From the IMG/VR virus record IMGVR_UViG_2534682157_000018: 42,422 bases of DNA; one strand, given 5' to 3'. Under the pieces are notes generated by a model. The model did not search any database, was not told the origin of the DNA, and worked only from the letters and a program-made list of their open reading frames with translations. The position numbers and the translations under genes were made by a program. Below, piece after piece: positions 22,237 to 31,101 of this stretch. Each line of letters starts with the position of its first letter. Positions within the stretch are counted from its first letter, which is position 1. The DNA comes from a virus. Lineage: Duplodnaviria > Heunggongvirae > Uroviricota > Caudoviricetes.

Positions 22237-22701
22237 TTACTTTAAACACTGCTCGGTTATGTATTGCTGAGCACCTTCAAGTTGGGCCTGCATCATTACC
22301 AGTCGTTCCCGGAGGGTGAAATAATCCCGTTCAGCGGTGTCTGCCAGTCGGGGGGAGGCTGCATTATCCACGCCGGAGGCGGTGGTGGCTTCACGCACTG
22401 ACTGACAGACTGCTTTGATGTGCAACCGACGACGACCAGCGGCAACATCATCACGCAGAACATCATTTTCAGCTTTCGCATCAGCTAACTCCTTCGTGTA
22501 TTTTGCATCGAGCGCAGCAACATCACGCTGACGCATCTGCATGTCAGTAATTGCCGCGTTCGCCAGCTTCAGTTCTTTGGCATTTTTGTCGCGCTGGGCT
22601 TTATAGGTAATGGCGTTATCACGGTAATGATTAACAGCCCATGACAGGCAGACGATGATGCAGATAACCAGAGCGGAGATAATCGCGGTTACTCTGTTCA
22701 T
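22237..22701 (-). CDS. Rz: spanin inner-membrane subunit Rz
   Basis: Translation [41 protein letters not shown]... is near-identical to lambda Rz from memory; ATGA overlap with endolysin stop. Confidence 0.85.
   Translation of the reverse strand: MNRVTAIISALVICIIVCLSWAVNHYRDNAITYKAQRDKNAKELKLANAAITDMQMRQRDVAALDAKYTKELADAKAENDVLRDDVAAGRRRLHIKAVCQSVREATTASGVDNAASPRLADTAERDYFTLRERLVMMQAQLEGAQQYITEQCLK
22296..22481 (-). CDS. Rz1: spanin outer-membrane lipoprotein subunit Rz1 (embedded in Rz, +1 frame)
   Basis: 61-aa [27 protein letters not shown]... with lipobox and proline-rich region; fully inside Rz. Confidence 0.8.
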   Translation of the reverse strand: MRKLKMMFCVMMLPLVVVGCTSKQSVSQCVKPPPPPAWIMQPPPDWQTPLNGIISPSGNDW

Positions 22702-23195
22702 TGCTGACCCCACAAACAGATTTCACGCTCAATCTCACGACGAGTCATGAGACCTTTCCATTGCTTACCGCCAGCATATGTCCAGCGACGTAGCTGATCA
22801 CATGCGCCTTTGATATCGCCCTGGTTTATTTTGCGAAGAAGCGTCGATGTTCTGAAATTGCCAGCACCCACGTTGTAAACGAATGAGTAAAGAGCGCCGC
22901 GCGTTGTTTCCGGTATATCGACTTTGATGTACGGGTTAATTTGTCTGGCGACCGTGGCAAGGTCTTTATTCAGGAGGGCTTTGCATTCTGCTTTGGTATA
23001 CGTTTTACCGAGCATGATGTCTTTTCCTGTATGCCCGTGACATACAGTCCATACACCAACAATATCTTTGTATGGTATGTAGCTGACACCTTCCAGACCA
23101 TCGTTACCACTTGGGCCAGTGATTAACACTGATGCTATAGCAATTGCTCCGCCACCAATAGCAGCAGCAACGACTTTTCGTAATGATGGAGGCAT
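22698..23195 (-). CDS. R: SAR endolysin (phage 21 R-type lysozyme)
   Basis: 165-aa ORF with Gly/Ala-rich N-terminal signal-anchor-release segment ([18 protein letters not shown]); matches phage 21 R as I recall it. Confidence 0.85.
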   Translation of the reverse strand: MPPSLRKVVAAAIGGGAIAIASVLITGPSGNDGLEGVSYIPYKDIVGVWTVCHGHTGKDIMLGKTYTKAECKALLNKDLATVARQINPYIKVDIPETTRGALYSFVYNVGAGNFRTSTLLRKINQGDIKGACDQLRRWTYAGGKQWKGLMTRREIEREICLWGQQ

Positions 23196-23410
23196 TATTC
23201 ACCTCTCGCAGCCTTGCGCTTATCTTCTTTAATCTTGAAATAAAGGTTTGTCAGGTACGTCAGCAGGCCAAATACCAGACTACCCAGCACACCGATTGCA
23301 GCCCACTGTGACGGAGTTACTCTATCGAGCAACTGTAAAAACCAGTAGCCAGCACTGCCTGCGGAGGTGCCGTAGGCAATGCCTGTTGAAATTTTGTCCA
23401 TGGATTTCAT
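23195..23410 (-). CDS. S: pinholin (phage 21 S-type), dual-start motif M-K-S-M
   Basis: [26 protein letters not shown]...[17 protein letters not shown] resembles S21 68/71 from memory; strong GGAGGTGA RBS; overlaps endolysin start. Confidence 0.85.
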   Translation of the reverse strand: MKSMDKISTGIAYGTSAGSAGYWFLQLLDRVTPSQWAAIGVLGSLVFGLLTYLTNLYFKIKEDKRKAARGE

Positions 23411-23510
23411 AGCCTCACCTCCGCACGGAACGGATGGCATAGTTATTATGTGTAGGCTTTCAGACACATCAATCAGAGCCTTAATTGATATATATGCTGG
23501 AGACGATGCA

Positions 23511-23536
23511 ATATAAAAAGCTCGCCGTAGCGAGCT
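23511..23536 (-). terminator. intrinsic terminator between lipoprotein gene and holin
   Basis: On minus strand: AGCTCGC-TACG-GCGAGCT stem-loop followed by T5. Confidence 0.45.
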
Positions 23537-23661
23537 AATAAAATGTATTTCTCTGATATTATGTTTATTTGTATTAGCTCAGACTTGACATCACAGGTTT
23601 CGTATATAGAACATCATCAAATCTGTCAGTTTGCTATGAATGAGATATAGTAATTGAAGAG

Positions 23662-24057
23662 CTAACCTCGCATGTCAAAGCCAGATTTCTGAAAATCTCT
23701 GTAGACTTCCGGATTGTTAAAGGCCGGAAATTTGGCTTTATGAGCTGCGGACTTTATCGCTTCGCAATAGGCTTTATCACCGTTACTGGTAGATATTTTT
23801 AACGCCGTGCCATCCTGAGAGAATTCCATATGCAACCTGCATTTTTTCCCTTTCCAGTTATGCGGCTCATCAAGTTTGGCATTAATTGCAGCTCTGATTC
23901 CCCGCGCTTGCGCCCCCCATTCATCCTGATCATCCCAGCGTCCTGAACTGCAACTACCTGTAGCAGTAGTTTTGTGGCAATCTGAAGGGTGTAAAGGTGT
24001 GCATCCCGCAACAAAACCGACCCAAAAAGTCAACATAACGATTTTCTTTAATCCCAC
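23662..24057 (-). CDS. putative lipoprotein (moron, paralog A)
   Basis: 131-aa ORF with signal peptide and lipobox FVAGC; C-terminal half homologous to the neighbouring lipoprotein. Confidence 0.6.
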   Translation of the reverse strand: MGLKKIVMLTFWVGFVAGCTPLHPSDCHKTTATGSCSSGRWDDQDEWGAQARGIRAAINAKLDEPHNWKGKKCRLHMEFSQDGTALKISTSNGDKAYCEAIKSAAHKAKFPAFNNPEVYRDFQKSGFDMRG

Positions 24058-24207
24058 TTCTTGCTCCTCAATCCATTAAAATCTCAGCAATAGTAGTTGT
24101 TACGTCCGCCACTGGCTCAGAGCTGACTATCCGCTAAATTTAGCTCAGTGCCGTAGCTGTGTCAGAACAAACCTAAGCCGAAACCGTTTATTACAAAACA
24201 ATAAATA

Positions 24208-24636
24208 TCAGGGTTTAAAATCCAGCACCCCATTTTGAAATACTTTATATACTTCCGGCGAAGGGGGGGCAGGTATATCAGCATTCTTTATCGCATTCAT
24301 CGCTTCACGACATAAATCGAGGTCTCCACTTTCTCTTTTAACCTCCAGTAGAAGGCCATTCGGGGCCATATGCATTCTCAGTGTACACTCTTTTCCTGAA
24401 TACTTACTCGCATCCCCGAACTGTTTTTCGATGGCGCTCTTGATTTGATGGGCATACAGACGGATATCCTCACTAACATCAGAAGTACGTTCAGATGAAC
24501 TCACATACTGTGTCTCTATTGCTTTATCGGAGTAATATGATGTACGGTCATGATAATTTGTCGATACAGCATCAGTGCACCCGATAATAATCCCACTAAT
24601 AATCAACGTAAGAATTGATGCGCTACGAAAACCCAT
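24208..24636 (-). CDS. putative lipoprotein (moron, paralog B)
   Basis: 142-aa ORF with lipobox IIGC; shares the C-terminal motif set with paralog A. Confidence 0.6.
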   Translation of the reverse strand: MGFRSASILTLIISGIIIGCTDAVSTNYHDRTSYYSDKAIETQYVSSSERTSDVSEDIRLYAHQIKSAIEKQFGDASKYSGKECTLRMHMAPNGLLLEVKRESGDLDLCREAMNAIKNADIPAPPSPEVYKVFQNGVLDFKP

Positions 24637-25224
24637 TTTTCCTCACATATGTCATATAGTAAAGGATTATATATACCGTTGTTTTGGACGCTCAAACAGC
24701 GAATCAGATCAAATAAAACGCACATTTGTTAACATTTACACAAAGTCTGCGTGGGATATTCTGAAAGAATATCCATAATGTGGAGAGAATCTATTGAAGT
24801 GCATGGTGCCGGGTGCCTCCCGGTGAACAAAATGTTCGTGATACCTGTCGGCGACAGAAAAGGTTAATGGTATCACCCCACCGCACAGGGGGATTCACCA
24901 TGCAGGAGTTTTCTTAGCAAACTCACTGCGCGCCCGGCAACTCCCAACCACATAAAATGCGGAGTTTGTGGTATTTATGCATATAACTCGCAGGAATTAT
25001 CTTAAAAAACTGATGTCGATCCGGATTAAAAAGAAGCAGGTCATCATCAGATGACTGGAAAAAAGGAAACAAAAAATACTCATCATACAGTTTTGATTGC
25101 AGGGATGAGCCTGCTATGCACAATATGCAGAATATAAGCAAGATAAAAATATGCAGGCATATTATTTCGGATTTTGTTATTAACACAACCTTTTTAATAA
25201 TCATTTGGCATACAATAAACCAGC

Positions 25225-25252
25225 CCAAAAAGAACCGCCTAAACAGGCGGTT
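25225..25252 (-). terminator. intrinsic terminator (candidate tR'-like) downstream of Q
   Basis: On minus strand: AACCGCC-loop-GGCGGTT stem followed by CTTTTTGGG. Confidence 0.5.
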
Positions 25253-25572
25253 GGTCAATACAAAGGATGCTTCGTCTTTATTATAGTAATCTGAGGCGTC
25301 GGGTGTCTTGTATCAGACAACATATTGTCCCGCTAAACAGCGAATTACAAACCACCCTGCAATGATCTCTCATCTCATTTTATATGAGTTGACGACATCA
25401 GGATAACGCATCATCAGCCCCTGCCAAGAAATATCAAAACTCCCGCCAGCAATGTGTTATCACAATATTGTAAAAAAAACACAGCACCGAAACTATAACT
25501 GGTCTCTGTTATAATTTGGAGCAGAAAGACCAGTTGCCCAACTAGCAGCATTCTCCCCTGCTTTCCTGACGT

Positions 25573-25599
25573 AAAAAAACCGCATTAAGCGGTTTTTTT
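25573..25599. terminator. bidirectional intrinsic terminator about 80 nt downstream of Q stop
   Basis: A7-CCGC-ATTAA-GCGG-T7: symmetric stem-loop with A-run on one side and T-run on the other. Confidence 0.6.
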
Positions 25600-25679
25600 A
25601 CGATGTCCATGTCTGCAATCCGCCTCGCGATACAGCTTTGCGAAGCATAGCAAAATTGAAGCAGTTTATACGTAAGAAA

Positions 25680-26222
25680 TCAAGCCATTTTCTCAGCAAA
25701 TGATTCACGCATGGGAATATATAGGGCATACTCAGCAACAGCTAACCAATTAGCAATCCGTTTTTCGCATGTGCTAAAACACCACTCTGGGTGTGCATCA
25801 TTTAGCAATTCAGCCATTTTGCGCTTAGTCATCCCCCGCCCTTCATAGCGTTGCCGGAGAATGCAAATCAATCCTGGATGCTCTGCCAGCACCTCACTTA
25901 TGACTCGATCAATACATAACGCCTCTGCATCAGTACAATGCGCCAGCCAGCTCTTTTGCTTGCCGTTGATCATCTCTCGCAAAAACGCTTCCAGCTCAGC
26001 TTTCTCTATTCCCGCTTTTTTCATTCTGCGCAGGGCTTCATTAATGGCTGTTTTCGTCAGTTTTTTGGATGCCAACAACTGATTGAACATATTCCCTGAC
26101 CTGCCACCGCCAATATACGACCAGCGCCCCCACATACGTAGTTTTCCCTGAATCCAGACACTTTCCAGCGTGGTGAGGCGAAGGTGTTCTCCGCTTTTTC
26201 CTGTATTCGTTGGATAAATCAT
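25680..26222 (-). CDS. Q: late-gene antiterminator Q-like protein
   Basis: 180-aa ORF directly upstream of terminators and lysis cassette, downstream of nin-type genes; assignment mainly by synteny, family not verified. Confidence 0.55.
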   Translation of the reverse strand: MIYPTNTGKSGEHLRLTTLESVWIQGKLRMWGRWSYIGGGRSGNMFNQLLASKKLTKTAINEALRRMKKAGIEKAELEAFLREMINGKQKSWLAHCTDAEALCIDRVISEVLAEHPGLICILRQRYEGRGMTKRKMAELLNDAHPEWCFSTCEKRIANWLAVAEYALYIPMRESFAEKMA

Positions 26223-26509
26223 AAATGACCTTTCTTTCTCCAGATTTCTTGTGTGCGAAAAACCCCTTCAGCATGCATCAGGCGCAATTCTTCTTTGGTG
26301 TAATCGCTGGTTTTTACCCGCCCGTCGATTAGATCGTGGCATGAGCTACAGGCTATCGCCGCCTGCATATCGTGTGGTTTTGTCGCTGTTCCGCACGTCC
26401 CCGCCAGCCTGTAATGCGCCAGCACAGAGGTTTCGGGATTGTGATTGCAGTAGCCAGGGATTCTGATCTGGCACATCTGGCCTTTAGCCGCTTTACGTAA
26501 ATTCACCAT
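26219..26509 (-). CDS. YbcO-like (DUF1364) putative nuclease
   Basis: 96-aa ORF with CQIRIPGYCNHNPETSVLAHYR and Cys/His cluster resembling DLP12 YbcO from memory. Confidence 0.65.
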   Translation of the reverse strand: MVNLRKAAKGQMCQIRIPGYCNHNPETSVLAHYRLAGTCGTATKPHDMQAAIACSSCHDLIDGRVKTSDYTKEELRLMHAEGVFRTQEIWRKKGHL

Positions 26510-27108
26510 TACGCAAACTCCAGTAGTTGTGCGGCCACATTTTCAACTTCCTCCTGAGAGGAGAATTTACGGAACAGAATCCAGTTCCACAGCACATTCA
26601 GTACAGATTTATAAACCTGCTGAAACTCGACTTCGTCCATATTCGCAAAAGCGATGGATTTTGCCCGACGCCCACGGCTACCGTCCGGATAAAAATGTTC
26701 GGTGTAAAATCCAGCCTGAATGGTTACCCACTCGCGAAAAGCCTCAAACGACTTTAGCAATGCCGTATCCCGGGTTCTGCGTGTCGCAACTGTGTTCAGA
26801 TATTGCTCTGCGGCATCACTCAGGGCTGGCGTGTGTTCCCGACCAACTGATTCGCACAGGTAATCAACGAAACCAGACAGCAGTTCTCGTTCGCGAGGCG
26901 TGATCGCCCCACCGACCGGAGTCCAGTAATCGAATCCCAGTTGCAGGAGTTTGAAAAAACGCTTGTGGAATGCGTAGTTACGCACACGCTTAAAGTCTGC
27001 GTGTATCCACTCACCTATTTTGATTTGATGCAGAAAATCGCAACTCTCCGGCGTCGCCGGGAGAAGTAAACCAGAAGAAGTTTGTTTGACCAGTTGTATA
27101 TGCGCCAT
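26509..27108 (-). CDS. nin-region protein (DUF1367-like)
   Basis: 199-aa ORF with 4-nt coupling to the downstream gene; family from memory only. Confidence 0.45.
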   Translation of the reverse strand: MAHIQLVKQTSSGLLLPATPESCDFLHQIKIGEWIHADFKRVRNYAFHKRFFKLLQLGFDYWTPVGGAITPRERELLSGFVDYLCESVGREHTPALSDAAEQYLNTVATRRTRDTALLKSFEAFREWVTIQAGFYTEHFYPDGSRGRRAKSIAFANMDEVEFQQVYKSVLNVLWNWILFRKFSSQEEVENVAAQLLEFA

Positions 27109-27574
27109 TTCTCAATCTCTCGATGGCGCAGTGCAGCAGATGCCAGTTGTTCAGGCTGACGTATAAAGTATAAATAAACTGGTTCCAGTGTAAAGCCCCC
27201 ACCTTAATGGAATAAAAACCAAACAACAGATTGCTGGGATACAAACAACGCTTATTATTAAAAGCGGTTAAACAAATTAAATTTTAATGTTATGCAAATC
27301 TACCAGATCACCATAATATCTCATTTGAAAACCACTGAAATAACAACCCTATCAGGATTAATCATATTAAGGTGAGTAAATATGGAAAACAACAAATCTG
27401 CACATTACGCTCCTTTTTTATCTGTAATACTTTTTGTTTTATGCTGTGCGTGGGCATTATTTTTATAAAAATATTTACAGATAAAATAAACCCGCCAAAG
27501 CTGGTTAAGTGTGGGTGCGTTGAGGATGCATAATACATCAGAGGTGGCGAGGGATTTCTCCCTCGCCCGGTCTC

Positions 27575-27787
27575 TTACTCCTCAGGTTCGTAAGCTGTGA
27601 AGACAGCGGCCTCCGTCTGCCCGGTTCGGATTCGTACCTCGCAGAGGTCTTTCCTCGTTACCAGTGCCGTCACAATGACGGTTAAACAGATGACGATCAG
27701 GGCGATTAACATCGCCTTTTGCTGCTTTATAGCCTGCTTCTCCTTGCCTTTCGGCACGTAAGAGGCTAACCTACATGTGCAAAGCAT
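27575..27787 (-). CDS. hokD: Hok-family type I toxin (HokD/RelF-like core), maximal ORF with N-terminal extension
   Basis: C-terminal 45 aa MLIALIVICLTVIVTALVTRKDLCEVRIRTGQTEAAVFTAYEPEE is near-identical to E. coli HokD/RelF from memory; the codon where I recall the HokD start Met is ATA here; an in-frame ATG at 27787 has a GAGG 8 nt upstream. Confidence 0.8.
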   Translation of the reverse strand: MLCTCRLASYVPKGKEKQAIKQQKAMLIALIVICLTVIVTALVTRKDLCEVRIRTGQTEAAVFTAYEPEE

Positions 27788-27941
27788 GAAATTGGCCTCA
27801 GATTAATGTTAAGCGTCTTGCCGGACGCGTAATGTTAACTGGGGCTTTTCTCTATCTGCCTTTGGTGTTCATGCCCGAGGCAGATAGCCTCAAGCACCCG
27901 CAGCAATTCTACTTAACTCCCGTCACCTCGCCAATATAAAA

Positions 27942-28031
27942 TCAATCAGAAAGGCGATCCATAAGAACAACAGCAAGACAATAAATTGCTATTACAGCAG
28001 CAATAGCCAGCGCACATTTGAGAACCAGCAC
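27942..28031 (-). CDS. candidate small hydrophobic peptide (29 aa)
   Basis: AGGAGG 5 nt upstream of GTG start; translation (M)LVLKCALAIAAVIAIYCLAVVLMDRLSD is one predicted TM helix plus an acidic tail; below ORF-track cutoff. Confidence 0.35.
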   Translation of the reverse strand: MLVLKCALAIAAVIAIYCLAVVLMDRLSD

Positions 28032-28356
28032 GACAACCTCCTGTATTGGACGCACACCAGTCCTGATAAATATGAGGCTGTCTCGTCAGTGATTCAATAC
28101 AACTATTGGGTATAGTTTATCTATTTTTCTTTGGCAATGGAACACAACAGCCAAACATAACCAACACTTCTTCAGATGTATTAAGTCAGGCCCCAACCAG
28201 CATTTTGAGTAAGCAGTTCACTCAAATATGACTATCTGATTTGAGCGACGTGCGAACATTTACGATAGCTTCACTATGATTGGTACATTCTGCAATCTCT
28301 TTGTCTCAGAAAGTCGAAAGTAGCTTAAGCTATATTATCAAGAGGATAATCATCAC

Positions 28357-28389
28357 ATTGAAGGTCGATACGTTACCTTCAATGTGACA
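28357..28389 (-). other. 11-bp perfect inverted repeat about 10 nt downstream of the NTPase stop
   Basis: CACATTGAAGG-N11-CCTTCAATGTG; no clean U-tract on the minus strand, so it may be a stability or regulatory hairpin rather than a terminator. Confidence 0.35.
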
Positions 28390-28398
28390 ATCTATTTA

Positions 28399-30655
28399 TT
28401 ATTGAATTTGCAGGTTTGTACGTAAGGAACCTGTAGATTCCTCATATAACTTAGATATATAATTAGACATATCATGGTTACTTCGTACTTTTTTATTGAA
28501 TTTTTTCAGGTACTTATCAACCGTAGTGCTAAGTAGCCCTGAGTCGTCTGTAACGTGAGTTATCCCTAAATTAATCAAAACACCTAATTTATTTTTTTCC
28601 ACTAAGCTATCAAATGCGGATTTATCCCCGAGCTCATTCAGTGTTGATGCTATGAAGAAACGTGCATAATCAATATGTTCACCAATTTCCTCATATTGTT
28701 CAATTTGAACTGACAAGTCTTCCAAGGCAGATTTGAAAAAATCATATGCGTAATTGTTACTTAAACACTTTGTGAAAATACAAAGAAGAGCTACTGGTGA
28801 AAACTCCTTCAGCGGGATGTCGGTATTTCCCTTGAGAATATCAACATATAATTTACCTGCATCTATATATGATAAAAAGACTCCCCTCGTTATTTTTTTA
28901 TACGGAGTTAGATATGAAGCCAAATAAAAAGAACCGTTATAAAATAACCTTAAAAATCTTGTTTTATCGTTACTAGGTTTAAGTTCATTAATTTTATCAA
29001 TAAGATATTCATTGTCTCTTAACAAACCAAAATAGAAGAAATAACTATTTGCCCAATAAATATCATAAATATTATCATTTATGTCTATTAGGCCACGCTT
29101 CCTAAGTCCTTCAGCGTAAAAATACTCCATGAATGATCTGTGTAGAAATGAGAACGTATTACTTCTAACATTAACTGTTGTTACTTCACTGCGATAAATT
29201 AGTCTTTTGAAAAGTTTGTCCTCATCAACATTCAAGTTTCTTTTGGCCAAATAATTTAAAAACATGTCCTGCACTTCTGAAATTGATATGCAGTTTAGAG
29301 AGTTATCCATCATAAATATCGCAATTTCTACTAATATATTACTTATTACATCATATTCTGTTTGCGATAATAATCCCTTAGATGTATCCCATCGTCCCAA
29401 TACTATCTCACTGTATTTTGAGTATAGTTCTGTCATTGTAGATGGTAATTCTTTAATCTCATCAGAGAGTATTCTTGCCAGAAGAATAGCGCTCACTGGA
29501 GTCCTGGGAATGAACTTAAATAGTGGTGTTTTTCTATACCATTTTTAAGTTTATTTGTTATTTTAATGTCATTGCAGATTTTATCTACAAAGTCGATTAT
29601 TTGACCTGTGCTAAGTGGTATTATCGAGTATCTTGCAAACATCTGATCGATAACTTCATAGTCCTGAAGAGAATCCATAATTCTTGAAGCAACTAGTAAT
29701 CGAATTTTATCATTCCTGGATACTTTCTCTACAATGTCCCTGAAATTGTTTTGCCTTTCCTCAAGTGATTCCTTTACTTCATCCACCGAATCAACAATTA
29801 ATAAAATATTCCCATCATGTTGTATTTTGTACTTACTTAACACACTTTGTATTATATTTTCAACATTAAGTTTTTTTCTAGAACATCCTTGTATTGACAA
29901 AATACTGGAAGGATGTAGTCTTTTTCGTAAGAATATTCTTCTTTTATTTTTCTAATTAACTGTTTCAGCAAAGTACTTTTCCCAGAGCCAACGGTTCCCT
30001 CTAAAAAAATAAATCTCTCGGCTCTCACAACACTATACAGTTTTAACGGCCTGTGTCTGCGTTTTTTATGATCTTCCTTGCTTACATATCTATCAATAAG
30101 GTTATTTATGCCAACACTACCAAAAAAAGAGCTTTCAGGTGTATCACTTATAGTTTGCAATGTATCTGTTAAGTATTGTTCATAATTAATGGATTCGAAA
30201 TCCCAAAACTCTGGGTAATATTTACTGATTAAAGAACATATTTTTTCACCCTCTATAAATTTTATATTTGTAGATTTGAATTTCAAGTAAATTTTTTCTT
30301 GAGCATTATTTGAGATCGATGAATTAGTAATAACCCAAATTTCATTCAAATGTATGTTCTTAGAGCCAGAAGAAATAAAGCGTGGATATAATTGACACTC
30401 TTCTATTTGTCGTTCAACCTCACTATTTGACTGAATTATCTTTCCAACTTTACAAATAACACCAATATATATTTCCTCGTCTAATGCCTCATCTCGTTTA
30501 ATTATGACAAAATCAGCACCTTTTTCTGATGGTCCTTGCTTATATTCAACATGTGTAACAGTCGGCAAACGTGGTAGAAGCGCTCTTAGCACTGGATGGA
30601 AATCATCAACCTCACGTTGCAATGATTCTATTTTTCTTAAGTATTCTGGTTTCAT
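28399..30655 (-). pseudogene. NACHT-type STAND NTPase with N-terminal Mrr-like (PD-(D/E)xK) domain, read in three frames (29852..30655, 29493..29900, 28399..29496)
   Basis: Walker A GTVGSGKST at the end of the first ORF; Walker B LLIVDSVDE and LLVASR motif in the second; N-terminal GADFVII...EIYIGVICK resembles an Mrr catalytic core; junctions at T7 (29871-29877) and T5 (29529-29533); visibly AT-rich. Confidence 0.65.
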
Positions 30656-30682
30656 TTGTTTACCTTAAACAGTATCCAAAAA

Positions 30683-30721
30683 AATCATTTTATATAACAA
30701 TCATATTTCATACAATGTCAA
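30683..30721 (-). promoter_or_regulatory. candidate sigma70 promoter for the NTPase gene
   Basis: Minus strand TTGACA, then 17-19 nt, then TGTTATATA (extended -10-like), about 30 nt upstream of an AAGG RBS and the start at 30655. Confidence 0.35.
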
Positions 30722-30756
30722 CTATTAGACTCTTTTTCAACATTATAAACCTATTA

Positions 30757-31101
30757 TCAAAGACTAAGGCGACGGATTTCTCCGTCAGGTAATGACCAGA
30801 TAAGGTCAGGATCAACCACAACCGGTTTCTTCACCTTTGCCCTTGATAGTTTTTTGCGGGCGTTTTGCCAGTCTTTACGAACCTGTTCTGAGGGAAATAA
30901 CCCGTAACCAGAGTTGTATACATCACCGCTCGCAACCAATTCTCTGGCAAGAAGGTTCATCAGATATCTTGTCGCACCTGTCTTAGCTTCCAGTTGTCGT
31001 AACGTCTCGCGCCCACTCTGGCGCACGAGTTCAACAACCTGCCCTTTAATTTTTTCCCGCCCTTCTTGTGTAAATACTTTTGCCATAAGCGCCTCCGGCA
31101 A
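30757..31101 (-). CDS. hypothetical protein (114 aa), possibly DNA-binding
   Basis: ORF immediately after the 270-aa gene; basic C-terminal tail. Confidence 0.4.
   Translation of the reverse strand: MPEALMAKVFTQEGREKIKGQVVELVRQSGRETLRQLEAKTGATRYLMNLLARELVASGDVYNSGYGLFPSEQVRKDWQNARKKLSRAKVKKPVVVDPDLIWSLPDGEIRRLSL

Noticed and set aside
24923-25258. Minus-strand 111-aa ORF in the AT-rich region downstream of Q
   Set aside because: It starts upstream of and runs through the intrinsic terminator at 25225-25252; the translation is low-complexity and Phe/Ile-rich; more likely non-coding leader or regulatory DNA.
24640-25680. Possible tRNA genes between Q and the lysis genes, as in Stx phages
   Set aside because: No T-loop-like GTTCGAATC / GGTTCGA motif or cloverleaf-compatible segment was seen by eye; not confirmed by a tRNA scan.
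27788-28398. relB/relE antitoxin-toxin genes upstream of hok, as in the K-12 relBEF operon
   Set aside because: No ORF of appropriate size or sequence on the minus strand here; only the 29-codon peptide ORF is present.
30769-30784. Hairpin GACGGA-TTTC-TCCGTC considered as a terminator
   Set aside because: It lies inside the coding sequence of the 114-aa ORF and has no U-tract.
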